Shown here one piece after another: positions 37,612 through 46,200 of a stretch of DNA of 64,000 bases (its first letter is position 1; each line of letters opens with the position of its first letter). The stretch is from a virus (lineage: Duplodnaviria; Heunggongvirae; Uroviricota; Caudoviricetes): the IMG/VR virus record IMGVR_UViG_3300036945_000745; one strand, written 5' to 3'. The translations under genes and the position numbers were made by a program. The notes beneath the pieces are model-generated. The model did not search any database. It saw only the letters and a program-made list of their open reading frames with translations, and was not told the DNA's origin.

Positions 37612-38334
37612 TTATTTTTCAAATATTTGCTTATCAATCATTCTTTTTAAAATTCTAGCACATGCGATATCTAATGCTTTTTTAGTTGCTATACTAATAG
37701 TTGATTGATTGAATTTAATTGGGTCTATTGTAGCATCTGATAATAAGGTTAATTGTCTGTTTGTAGTTGCTTCACCCAAACCACTTGCACCAAATACTAC
37801 GCCGGTTTCTGCATTTGTGAAACGAACCTGTAATCCCAAACGAGTTACCATATTATCTTTAATACCATCTTTTAAATTGATTGATTCATCTTCTGATATG
37901 GAATAATCATATACTTCGATAGCAACAAAATACTCTGCTAAATTAATTTTACCACGACCATCCAATTTGTTTTCGGAAATTCCAGCTTGCGATGCTTGGA
38001 ATTGCTTTACCATACGATTTTTGATTTCCGTTTTATCTTCTGTGAATTTGAATCGATTGAGATTTTCTAAATATTCCATTGTAATATTCGCAACCCCCAA
38101 TCCTACTCTCTTTTCTTTCAATTCGGGATACATTTCATATACCTCATCCGATATGCCACATTTTAATATTTGAATTGGTATTTGCTTACCACTATAATCC
38201 AAATATTGCTCAATATCAATAGCACGTTCGAATGATGCTTTATATTGTTCGGTTTGCGTTTTTCCTATTGTTTGTGCAACAACCACATTGCTGCTTAATA
38301 AAAAGAAACTTAATAATACTAATAAATTTTTCAT
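37612..38334 (-). CDS. CsgG/HfaB-like secreted protein
   Basis: Signal peptide; RVGLGVANITMEYLENLNRFKFTED and later VAIEVYD...LGLQVRFTNAETGVVFGASGLGEAT resemble the CsgG core. Confidence 0.4.
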   Translation of the reverse strand: MKNLLVLLSFFLLSSNVVVAQTIGKTQTEQYKASFERAIDIEQYLDYSGKQIPIQILKCGISDEVYEMYPELKEKRVGLGVANITMEYLENLNRFKFTEDKTEIKNRMVKQFQASQAGISENKLDGRGKINLAEYFVAIEVYDYSISEDESINLKDGIKDNMVTRLGLQVRFTNAETGVVFGASGLGEATTNRQLTLLSDATIDPIKFNQSTISIATKKALDIACARILKRMIDKQIFEK

Positions 38335-38357
38335 ACATAAATTGTTTAGTATAAATA

Positions 38358-38382
38358 TAAAAAAAGGGAGAATAAATCTCCC
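38358..38382 (-). terminator. bidirectional hairpin terminator
   Basis: GGGAG-AUAAAU-CUCCC flanked by an A-run and a T-run. Confidence 0.45.
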
Positions 38383-38391
38383 TTTTAATTA

Positions 38392-38646
38392 TTATCCTAA
38401 TTCATCTTCTTTAGGTTCTTTTTTAGCCGTAAACTTATCTAATGTATCAGCTCCCATTCCGATTGCTGTTATTACCATTACCGCGTTTACTAATTCTGCT
38501 GATGGTTTGATATCACCATGTGAGAAAGAGTTTACTAACATAGTTCCACAAAGGAATAATGCTCCGAAGAATGCAATTACAGGTTTTACTGATATTGCTC
38601 CTCTCTCATCTTTGAATAAATCAATTACCCATTCTTTAAATGTCAT
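38392..38646 (-). CDS. small membrane protein
   Basis: 84 aa, two TM helices. Confidence 0.45.
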   Translation of the reverse strand: MTFKEWVIDLFKDERGAISVKPVIAFFGALFLCGTMLVNSFSHGDIKPSAELVNAVMVITAIGMGADTLDKFTAKKEPKEDELG

Positions 38647-38684
38647 AGTTTTACATTTTAATTGTTAATACTATGTAACTTATT

Positions 38685-39290
38685 TTATCCTACCATTTCG
38701 GCATCATCATCTCTGATTTTACCACATTTCAAACACTCTTCTTCACCATCGCCATCTAAATCACCCCAAACGTGTTCACATTGTCTATGGTCAAAATATT
38801 CATCAATATCACCATCGCCATCGGTATCAATACCATCCATTATACCATCACCATCTTCATCAATTTCAATTCCTTTTTTCTCTTCTTTTGGTAGTGATAC
38901 TACGGATTCTTCACTATTTTTAAACTCCGAATTTGGTAATACTAATGGTTTTATATCCATTGGAACTATTGGATTGTTTGGCATATCGGCAGTATTACTG
39001 ATTGATGTACCATCTTCCTCATCCATTTTTTGAACTAACATTTTATCCTTATCAGTATCACTAAACCAATAGTCAATGATTTTACCATAAGAACCAATGA
39101 AAGCTCCTAATAATAGCAAAAGAAGTTCTTTCCATTCTCCTGCTATTTCATTTTTATTAATAATAGCGGCAAACATACCACCGATTATTAACATAAATCC
39201 ACCCAATACTAACGCAGTGATGTACCATCTACGTTTCATCATAGCATTTAGTAATTGTTTGAATCCATCCGGCGTTTGTTGATTATTCAT
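38685..39290 (-). CDS. membrane protein with Asp-rich calcium-binding-like tail
   Basis: TM helix; IDEDGDGIMDGIDTDGDGDIDEYF...GDLDGDGEEECLKCG. Confidence 0.45.
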   Translation of the reverse strand: MNNQQTPDGFKQLLNAMMKRRWYITALVLGGFMLIIGGMFAAIINKNEIAGEWKELLLLLLGAFIGSYGKIIDYWFSDTDKDKMLVQKMDEEDGTSISNTADMPNNPIVPMDIKPLVLPNSEFKNSEESVVSLPKEEKKGIEIDEDGDGIMDGIDTDGDGDIDEYFDHRQCEHVWGDLDGDGEEECLKCGKIRDDDAEMVG

Positions 39291-39296
39291 ATTTTA

Positions 39297-39617
39297 TTAC
39301 CATTTAGGTGCTTCTTCTTTAAACTCATCACCTTCCTTTTTCTTAGGCTTAGGTGCGGGCGCAGGTTGAGTGTTTCCGCCTACTGCTTTCTCTTTAATGA
39401 TTACAGTCTTACCACCTGCCGATTGTTGTTGAGCTTGTTGGTTAGAGTTTGTAATATTAATAACCGGTGCCGCTTGTACTGCTGCTGGCTTTTCTTCTTC
39501 ACCACCCGTCAATTTATTTGTAATGAAACCACCTACACCCAATGTGATAGTACTCACTAAACCAATAAGGATACTTTTAATCGAAGTACCACCCTTTTCT
39601 TCTTGTTCTTCTGCCAT
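39297..39617 (-). CDS. membrane-anchored Ala/Gln/Pro-rich protein
   Basis: TM helix followed by low-complexity sequence. Confidence 0.4.
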   Translation of the reverse strand: MAEEQEEKGGTSIKSILIGLVSTITLGVGGFITNKLTGGEEEKPAAVQAAPVINITNSNQQAQQQSAGGKTVIIKEKAVGGNTQPAPAPKPKKKEGDEFKEEAPKW

Positions 39618-39630
39618 AATTGTTTATTTG

Positions 39631-40002
39631 TTATAATTTATTAAAATCTGTTATTCCTAATTCGTTACCAACTGAATCATACAATCCAATTCTATATGCC
39701 GATGATGGTAATGCTGATGTATATACTTTTAAAATATTATCACCTGCTTTTACATTTACCACTTCCTTTGATATTACTTTGTTTGCGATATCAAATATCT
39801 TAATAGTTGCCGTTTGAGCAACTTCACTTTTAACATTCATAGCAACTTCTGATGTTACAAATGCTGTTTCTAATTTGATACCAACTTTATTTGCAATTTG
39901 CAATTCAGTCTTAATTTGTTGTGCCGGTTCAATGAATACATCATCTTTTGTACATCCTACAAATCCAATGATTATCAATCCTAATGTAATTACTTTTTTC
40001 AT
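39631..40002 (-). CDS. small lipoprotein with T9SS-CTD-like beta-sandwich tail
   Basis: Lipobox GFVGC; tail KIFDIANKVISKEVVNVKAGDNILKVYTSALPSSAYRIGLYDSVGNE. Confidence 0.4.
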   Translation of the reverse strand: MKKVITLGLIIIGFVGCTKDDVFIEPAQQIKTELQIANKVGIKLETAFVTSEVAMNVKSEVAQTATIKIFDIANKVISKEVVNVKAGDNILKVYTSALPSSAYRIGLYDSVGNELGITDFNKL

Positions 40003-40003
40003 T

Positions 40004-40345
40004 TTATTTTATTATTATTACTGTTTTTGCTATTTCTTTTTTAGTAACATCTTCTAATAACAGATATAAATATGTAGATTGTATTGATTTCGTATAAATC
40101 TTTTTTACATTTTCACCACGCTGTCCAATAAACCTTTCTCTACTGATTACTTGTCCACTTTCTTTATCAATTAAAGTTAAAGTATATGTTCCTGCTGATG
40201 GTAAATCGAAATGAATAGATTGACCATTTTCTACTTTACTTTCAGTTACATTGAATATCTTTTCAATTGGCATAGTTGGTGTTGGTAAATCTGGTTTACT
40301 ACATCCTACCAATAAAATCAACGATATCAATATTATTTTTTTCAT
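40004..40345 (-). CDS. small lipoprotein with T9SS-CTD-like tail ending in Lys
   Basis: Lipobox LLVGC; GTYTLTLIDKESGQVISRERF...TYLYLLLED...TVIIIK. Confidence 0.4.
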   Translation of the reverse strand: MKKIILISLILLVGCSKPDLPTPTMPIEKIFNVTESKVENGQSIHFDLPSAGTYTLTLIDKESGQVISRERFIGQRGENVKKIYTKSIQSTYLYLLLEDVTKKEIAKTVIIIK

Positions 40346-41112
40346 TAGAAATTAAATTTATTTCCTATGGATATATTATTCATCAATCCAAACTTAGGGT
40401 TAGTATTTATGTTTCCTCTATAAGCAACTAATAAAATAAATCTTTTTGAAATCTTATATCCAAACGAAGTTCCTACTAATGCGTTAAATGTTGGGTCTAT
40501 TGTTTTATTACTTAATCCCAAATCCCAATACATATGCGAATAACTTAAAAGTAAGTCGGGAGTAATTGTAAATCTACCATTTTCATATGTTCTATTAAGA
40601 AATATCATAGCCGATGGTGCACCTGTGTGCATTGGTGGTAAACTATCAGTTATTTGGCTGAAAGTATTCGATAAATTAATACCAAATCCTTTATTCCACT
40701 TTCCTTTATATAACTTTACATAAGTTAATGTTGTTGTTCTATTTGTGCTTATTTCGGTAAATGAAAGGAATAGGTTATTATTGCCTTTACTTACAAATGC
40801 CGATACTCCATATTGAGAGCCATCCGTTGTAAGAAAACCATTACCACCATACGAATAAACACCATTTAACGATTGTCTACCACCCCCTAATGAAAGGGCT
40901 TTTAACCATCCACCTACATAAGTTGGTTTTTGCAAAAATACAAAATCAGATGATGTTAGGAATGCATTTGTCTTAACTATTGAACCTTTTTGACCAGATG
41001 GCGGTGGAGGTGGTTGCAAATTATTTACCTGCATTTGCATTTCCCTATTCTTTGCATCTTGTGAGAATACAAAAATAGGAAATAATAACAATATTAATAT
41101 TATCTTTTTCAT
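40345..41112 (-). CDS. predicted outer-membrane beta-barrel protein (PorP/SprF-like?)
   Basis: Signal peptide; alternating beta-strand pattern; C-terminal ...GTSFGYKISKRFILLVAYRGNINTNPKFGLMNNISIGNKFNF ends in Phe and is homologous to the tail of 33692..35104. Confidence 0.5.
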   Translation of the reverse strand: MKKIILILLLFPIFVFSQDAKNREMQMQVNNLQPPPPPSGQKGSIVKTNAFLTSSDFVFLQKPTYVGGWLKALSLGGGRQSLNGVYSYGGNGFLTTDGSQYGVSAFVSKGNNNLFLSFTEISTNRTTTLTYVKLYKGKWNKGFGINLSNTFSQITDSLPPMHTGAPSAMIFLNRTYENGRFTITPDLLLSYSHMYWDLGLSNKTIDPTFNALVGTSFGYKISKRFILLVAYRGNINTNPKFGLMNNISIGNKFNF

Positions 41113-43418
41113 TAATTTACCTTTACTTTTAATTGTATTCCACTCTTACTTACTGCATCGGTATTTGAAACTGAAGTCAATCCTAATGTACTACTCAATC
41201 CCATTAAAGGTAAGAATGTTATTTTATATTCGGTTGTTTTATCTAATGTAGTTGAGCCATCTGTTATTAATGAACCCAATGTTATGTATGTATTTCTATC
41301 AGTTCCAAAATTGATAGGTGTTCCCTTTGTAGTGAATTCTACCTTTTCAAATTTTAGAGCGGTATTATCATAGTTTAAATTAAATTGAGTTCCTACCAAT
41401 TCTTGCTGTAATGGGTCTACTGAAATAGTTACTATCAATTTACCACCAACATTTTCACCCATTAGATATGCGTTGATTTGATTAGAAACCGATTGAGTTG
41501 ATAAACTCATAGTTCTATATGAATTGGTAGCAATACTACTTTGTGTTTGTTTTGCTGAATGTGATAAATTCACATCACCCACCCAAGTTACATTTACATT
41601 ATATGTGTTATTTAATACTCCACTATTCAAATTAAATGGATATAAACTTCTAGTTGCGTTAAATTGAGTATTCCAATTTGATTTTGTTATAGCATCGTAT
41701 TCGGTTTTACCATACAGTTTCATCAAATAGGTTAATGCTGAATATTGTGTTAGTGGTGCGGCTCCCGTCAAATGTTGTAATAATTTGTATGTATCTGCTT
41801 CATTAAATATACCATTACCATCTACATCAGCGTTCATATATTGAATACCCGATGTAAACTCATTTCCACTTTCATTTCCAAATAATCCACCCAATGATAA
41901 TTCTTTAAATGCCAAATAAACATCCGATACTCCAACTATATTGCTATAAAGAGTATTCAAATCGGTTTGATTGGTATATGATAAATCAATACCATGCTGT
42001 TTGTAAGATTGTATTGGTGAAAATGTAAAATTTGTACCGGCAGTTACCGCAAACCCATCCCCCATATTTCTTATTGAACTTTGATAAGTACTATTTGCTA
42101 TTTGTGTTGTTAAGTTAGTTGATATTAAATACGTTTTCCACCAACCATTTACATTATATACTTGCATCCCACCTTCGTATATATCTAAAAATTTAACGGA
42201 TGTTATGTTTGCAAATGCGGGTGATGATGAATTAAAAACCCTTTCATCTATTTGTAATCTATGTCCTCCCAAATTAGCATCGTAATTAGATATTATTAAA
42301 GATTCCCAATTGGATGCTCCAATTATAATTTTGTAATTACCTGTTTGCGTTTTAGCAGTATCTAAATCGTTTGTTAAATCAACTTTACCCAATCCACTTA
42401 TTGTTCTTGATGTATTGGTTATTGTACCCCATACATTATTTACATATGAGTTTGCTTTTGCTGAAAATTTTGTTTCATCCACATTACCACCAAAGTCAAA
42501 ATTGAATCTTGCGGTTAAAACTTCTCCATTTGAGTGAGTTACCGAATTAGTGTAAAATTCCGTAAAGGTTGCATCATCAGGATTAGACCAAGTTCCATAT
42601 TCAATTACATAAGGACAATTAAAATGATTGGGTAAATCATTCCATTGTGTCCCATTCCACTTTGTTACTGCATAATCTTCATTACCACTATTGTTTGGTT
42701 CGCCACCTGCCCAGTTATTATATTGACCAGGGATATTTCCGTTTGTTTGTCCGTTGTTGATTTTAATTAAAGTTCCTTTTTCAGGACCAGCATCAATTAC
42801 CCATCTGGCTTCACTCGCTTCATCGGTTAACGCAAACCATATTTGAGATTGGGGAACATTATTATAAATAAAAGCATCTTCATCAGCCGAAGTAATTGTT
42901 ACCAAATATCCCGTTTGTCCTTTGAATGTTGTTAATTCAGATGCTGCTCTTGCGTTCGTATAAGTTGTACCCGTTGATATTGGTTTATAAAAGTGTCCGT
43001 TCACACCATTGTAGAAATATCCCGCGGGATTGACTGTTGCTGCTACCGATAATGCCACATTACCTTTTATTGAACCTGTGTTTATTTTTAGAGATGCTAA
43101 TGCTGTATTAACATCAGCCATAGTTCCCATTACTACTAAACGAGTTTTATTACCCGTTAGAGTAAATCCACTTGCTGCAATTAAACCTCTTGTTTCATTT
43201 AAATAAAATGTTGTACCAGATGGTGGATTTACTAAACTTATTGATGTTAATAAAGTTGATGTTGTACTAAACCCACTCAATACAAATCCACTAGCATCTT
43301 GTCCGGTTGTGGATGGTATAAACGATTTAGAGTCCGGCGCAGATACACTCTGACCGAACCCTAAAAATGATGTTAATAGAAATAATAATGTAACTATTAA
43401 ATTTTTCATATTATTCAA
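41112..43418 (-). CDS. large secreted protein with C-type lectin domain (EPN type)
   Basis: Signal peptide MNNMKNLIVTLLFLLTSFLGFGQ. CTLD signature WFALTDEASEARWV...YNNWAGGEPNNSGNEDYAVTKWNGTQWNDLPNHFNCPYVIEY. Confidence 0.7.
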   Translation of the reverse strand: MNNMKNLIVTLLFLLTSFLGFGQSVSAPDSKSFIPSTTGQDASGFVLSGFSTTSTLLTSISLVNPPSGTTFYLNETRGLIAASGFTLTGNKTRLVVMGTMADVNTALASLKINTGSIKGNVALSVAATVNPAGYFYNGVNGHFYKPISTGTTYTNARAASELTTFKGQTGYLVTITSADEDAFIYNNVPQSQIWFALTDEASEARWVIDAGPEKGTLIKINNGQTNGNIPGQYNNWAGGEPNNSGNEDYAVTKWNGTQWNDLPNHFNCPYVIEYGTWSNPDDATFTEFYTNSVTHSNGEVLTARFNFDFGGNVDETKFSAKANSYVNNVWGTITNTSRTISGLGKVDLTNDLDTAKTQTGNYKIIIGASNWESLIISNYDANLGGHRLQIDERVFNSSSPAFANITSVKFLDIYEGGMQVYNVNGWWKTYLISTNLTTQIANSTYQSSIRNMGDGFAVTAGTNFTFSPIQSYKQHGIDLSYTNQTDLNTLYSNIVGVSDVYLAFKELSLGGLFGNESGNEFTSGIQYMNADVDGNGIFNEADTYKLLQHLTGAAPLTQYSALTYLMKLYGKTEYDAITKSNWNTQFNATRSLYPFNLNSGVLNNTYNVNVTWVGDVNLSHSAKQTQSSIATNSYRTMSLSTQSVSNQINAYLMGENVGGKLIVTISVDPLQQELVGTQFNLNYDNTALKFEKVEFTTKGTPINFGTDRNTYITLGSLITDGSTTLDKTTEYKITFLPLMGLSSTLGLTSVSNTDAVSKSGIQLKVKVN

Positions 43419-45078
43419 CTATTAGGTCAATTTTATTACCTTTTGAATCTACTGCATCTGATAATACAAAGTAGAATAATCCCGCAGTATTTGTTAAAGT
43501 TGTCTTTGGTGTAAATATTAATTTATATGGAGTTCCTACTTTAATTCTTGCAGTTTTTAATTGGTCAATCGAACCAAATGTCAATCTACCATTATTATGT
43601 GTAGAGAAATTTGTAATCGTAGAGCCAGAATCAAATATCACATTATCCAAAGTTAATTTAGATTCATCATAATTCATAATAACTTGCAAACCTGCTAATT
43701 CAGCTTTTGTCAAAGTTGTAGTTAATATTACTTTACCACCTTCTAAGGTAGATGCAATACCCAATGTTGCTTTTTCAGCTGCCAAAGTTTGATAAGCCAT
43801 TGGAGCGGTACTCATAGATTTAATTGAACTAGTAGCTTTATCACTTAGCGAATTTGTATATTGTCCCGCAGTTATCTTAGTAGCAATTACTGCCGGGTCC
43901 GATGAATGTGACCAGTTCAAATCACCACCCCAAGCAAATACTGCATAAACTTCTTTTATAGGAGTATCGATTAATACTCTATTCTTTACAACTCCATCTA
44001 ACCAACTTTGATTTAATAAACCACTATACCATCTTACTGATGTTGATGTTGGTGTTGGAATCATTGCATTTGAATCCATATTTTGCCCCATTACGTGTGC
44101 AAATAATGCGTATGAATCTCCTTCACCGAATGCGTTCATATTGTTAGTAACTTTACCAACTTTCTTTTCCAATGCAGGTAAAGTAAAGAAGTTTGAAGTT
44201 CCACTAATATCAGTTTGTGAGTGTCCTAAGAATGCTTTATATGCATCGGATACTGTCACAATGTTATTCATCCAACTCTTTTGAAATGCTGCTCCTACGA
44301 ATACACCAACCGAATCACCAACTTTAATTTGTGTTGTGAAAAGAGCTTCACCACTTGCATCCAATGGTAATTGAGCAATTGGGGCTTGTGTCCAATCAAT
44401 ATTACCACTACCATCCGATTTCAATTTCATCAATTGAACACTATGGTCAGTAATAGTGTATCCTTCTGGATATAATACTTTTACTTTGAATTGAGATGTG
44501 TTACCCGTTACACCCGTTATAGATGATGAGCCACCCCCATATATAGTTCCAACGTTTGCACCATCGGTATCGGTACCAGTTGCTAAATCTATTTTGAATA
44601 TATTTGAATAAGTATTTTGGTCTTTTAAGATATATTTTTGAGTAGCAATTACACCACTAATAGATGCGTCTGCTCTCTGAACAGTTAATTGTCCAACATT
44701 CCAATCTGCGTTTGCAGTATAAGCCCAAGGAGTCAATCCATATTGAACATCTAAATCATTATCACCACCTCTACTATTGAAAGTAAACTTATAGTTACTC
44801 CAACCCGTATAAAATGTTTGTGCGGATGTTCCTTGATTAAACGTAGTAGATACATACGCCAATGATTTATTACTATACTGATATCTAAACCAAAGGTAAC
44901 GTGGATTTTTAATTACTTGTCCTTTTGATAAAGTATATTTGACTGTAATTGTATCACCAACTTTCAACCCCGTTGAGGGTGTCAACGATTGACTGATTGT
45001 TAATTGTCCATAAGATGATAGAGATATTAGAAGTATCCCTAAAAATGCGATTAGTTTTTTCATTTTATTTTTCCTCAA
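43411..45078 (-). CDS. large secreted protein, C-terminal domain homologous to 41112..43418
   Basis: Signal peptide MRKNKMKKLIAFLGILLISLSSYGQ. C-terminal QVIMNYDESKLTLDNVIFDSGSTITNF...RLTFGS matches QFNLNYDNTALKFEKVEFTTKGTPINF...ITLGS. Confidence 0.55.
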   Translation of the reverse strand: MRKNKMKKLIAFLGILLISLSSYGQLTISQSLTPSTGLKVGDTITVKYTLSKGQVIKNPRYLWFRYQYSNKSLAYVSTTFNQGTSAQTFYTGWSNYKFTFNSRGGDNDLDVQYGLTPWAYTANADWNVGQLTVQRADASISGVIATQKYILKDQNTYSNIFKIDLATGTDTDGANVGTIYGGGSSSITGVTGNTSQFKVKVLYPEGYTITDHSVQLMKLKSDGSGNIDWTQAPIAQLPLDASGEALFTTQIKVGDSVGVFVGAAFQKSWMNNIVTVSDAYKAFLGHSQTDISGTSNFFTLPALEKKVGKVTNNMNAFGEGDSYALFAHVMGQNMDSNAMIPTPTSTSVRWYSGLLNQSWLDGVVKNRVLIDTPIKEVYAVFAWGGDLNWSHSSDPAVIATKITAGQYTNSLSDKATSSIKSMSTAPMAYQTLAAEKATLGIASTLEGGKVILTTTLTKAELAGLQVIMNYDESKLTLDNVIFDSGSTITNFSTHNNGRLTFGSIDQLKTARIKVGTPYKLIFTPKTTLTNTAGLFYFVLSDAVDSKGNKIDLIVE

Positions 45079-45727
45079 GTATTTTGGTTATAAGTTTTTC
45101 AGAAGCTTTCTTTAAAGCATTACTTAAAGATGTTTGGTTAAACTTACCACCTTCATCTACTATGAGAGTTGACATAGAAATTTCTGATGATGATTCTTCA
45201 ACCATAACCTCTTTTGTCTTTTTACCATCTTTATAAAGGATACCCTTCATTCGGATGACAACTTCTTCTTCATTTTTGTGAAATACGGAAACGTTTTTCT
45301 TTGTTGTTAAAACGTCCAAATACACGATTTGTACTTGTAATTTATTTGATGCGGATGACGTTAAATTGTATCCCTTTTCTTGTATGAATTCTTCTAATAC
45401 ATTTTTAACACCAAATTCCAATTGTCTGTTTCCAGCCAATTTTCCAATTTTAACATTATTTGTTACAGATTCAACCCAAATATGTTCATCGGCATTATAC
45501 ATAATATTGCCTGGAGTATTTTTGTATGTACCATCAAATTTTTGATTGAATGCGTCTGTTGCCTTTTGTATTAATTCATTTTTATCCAAAAAATGTAAAA
45601 CTACAAAAGTAATTTGTGTAATTAGTGCTAACGTTATGAACGCTGCTACCGAATAAACAAAAAACCCTAATAACTTTTCTTTTAACTTTTCTACAAAGTT
45701 TACTGAATAAACATCTTGTGTGACCAT
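45065..45727 (-). CDS. membrane-anchored hypothetical protein
   Basis: N-terminal TM helix. Confidence 0.5.
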   Translation of the reverse strand: MVTQDVYSVNFVEKLKEKLLGFFVYSVAAFITLALITQITFVVLHFLDKNELIQKATDAFNQKFDGTYKNTPGNIMYNADEHIWVESVTNNVKIGKLAGNRQLEFGVKNVLEEFIQEKGYNLTSSASNKLQVQIVYLDVLTTKKNVSVFHKNEEEVVIRMKGILYKDGKKTKEVMVEESSSEISMSTLIVDEGGKFNQTSLSNALKKASEKLITKILEEK

Positions 45728-45805
45728 TGGTTATGATAATTTTTAATTAACTTATACATAACCAATTTAATTTATTTACTATTTACTCATATAAATATAA
45801 AATTT

Positions 45806-46198
45806 TTATTTAACCATAAGGTCCTCTACATTATTTCTATAAACTCTATAAGAATCGTCATCGAAGTGCTCCGTTGATACTTCAAATATAGTCGATTCAT
45901 TTACCATTGCTTCCAATTGATGTGGTAATCCTCTTTCTATCAAAACACTATCTCCTGCAGCCAATACTTTTGTATTCAGCTTTCCGTTTTCAACATCTAT
46001 CCAATTGAATATAAATCCACCTTTCTGAACATACCAACTTTCTTTCTTTTTAAGATGGTAGTGCATTGAGAACTTATCTCCAATTTTATTAAATACTAAT
46101 AATTTTCCACAATACTCTTCATCATTGTGAATCCACAATTCATACCCCCATTTTTTATCTACTCTATGGGGTGCTTTAATATCTACATTTATTTCCAT
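45806..46198 (-). CDS. cupin-fold protein
   Basis: GYELWIHNDEEYCGKLL...SMHYH...GDSVLIERGLPHQ, a two-His cupin pattern. Confidence 0.45.
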   Translation of the reverse strand: MEINVDIKAPHRVDKKWGYELWIHNDEEYCGKLLVFNKIGDKFSMHYHLKKKESWYVQKGGFIFNWIDVENGKLNTKVLAAGDSVLIERGLPHQLEAMVNESTIFEVSTEHFDDDSYRVYRNNVEDLMVK

Positions 46199-46200
46199 AA

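Noticed and set aside
41112-45078. Interpretation of the two large proteins as tail fibres
   Set aside because: Both start with canonical cleavable signal peptides, and the neighbours are lipoproteins and barrel proteins. Structural virion proteins are not Sec-exported. Kept as exported lectin/adhesin-like proteins, but virion proteomics could overturn this.
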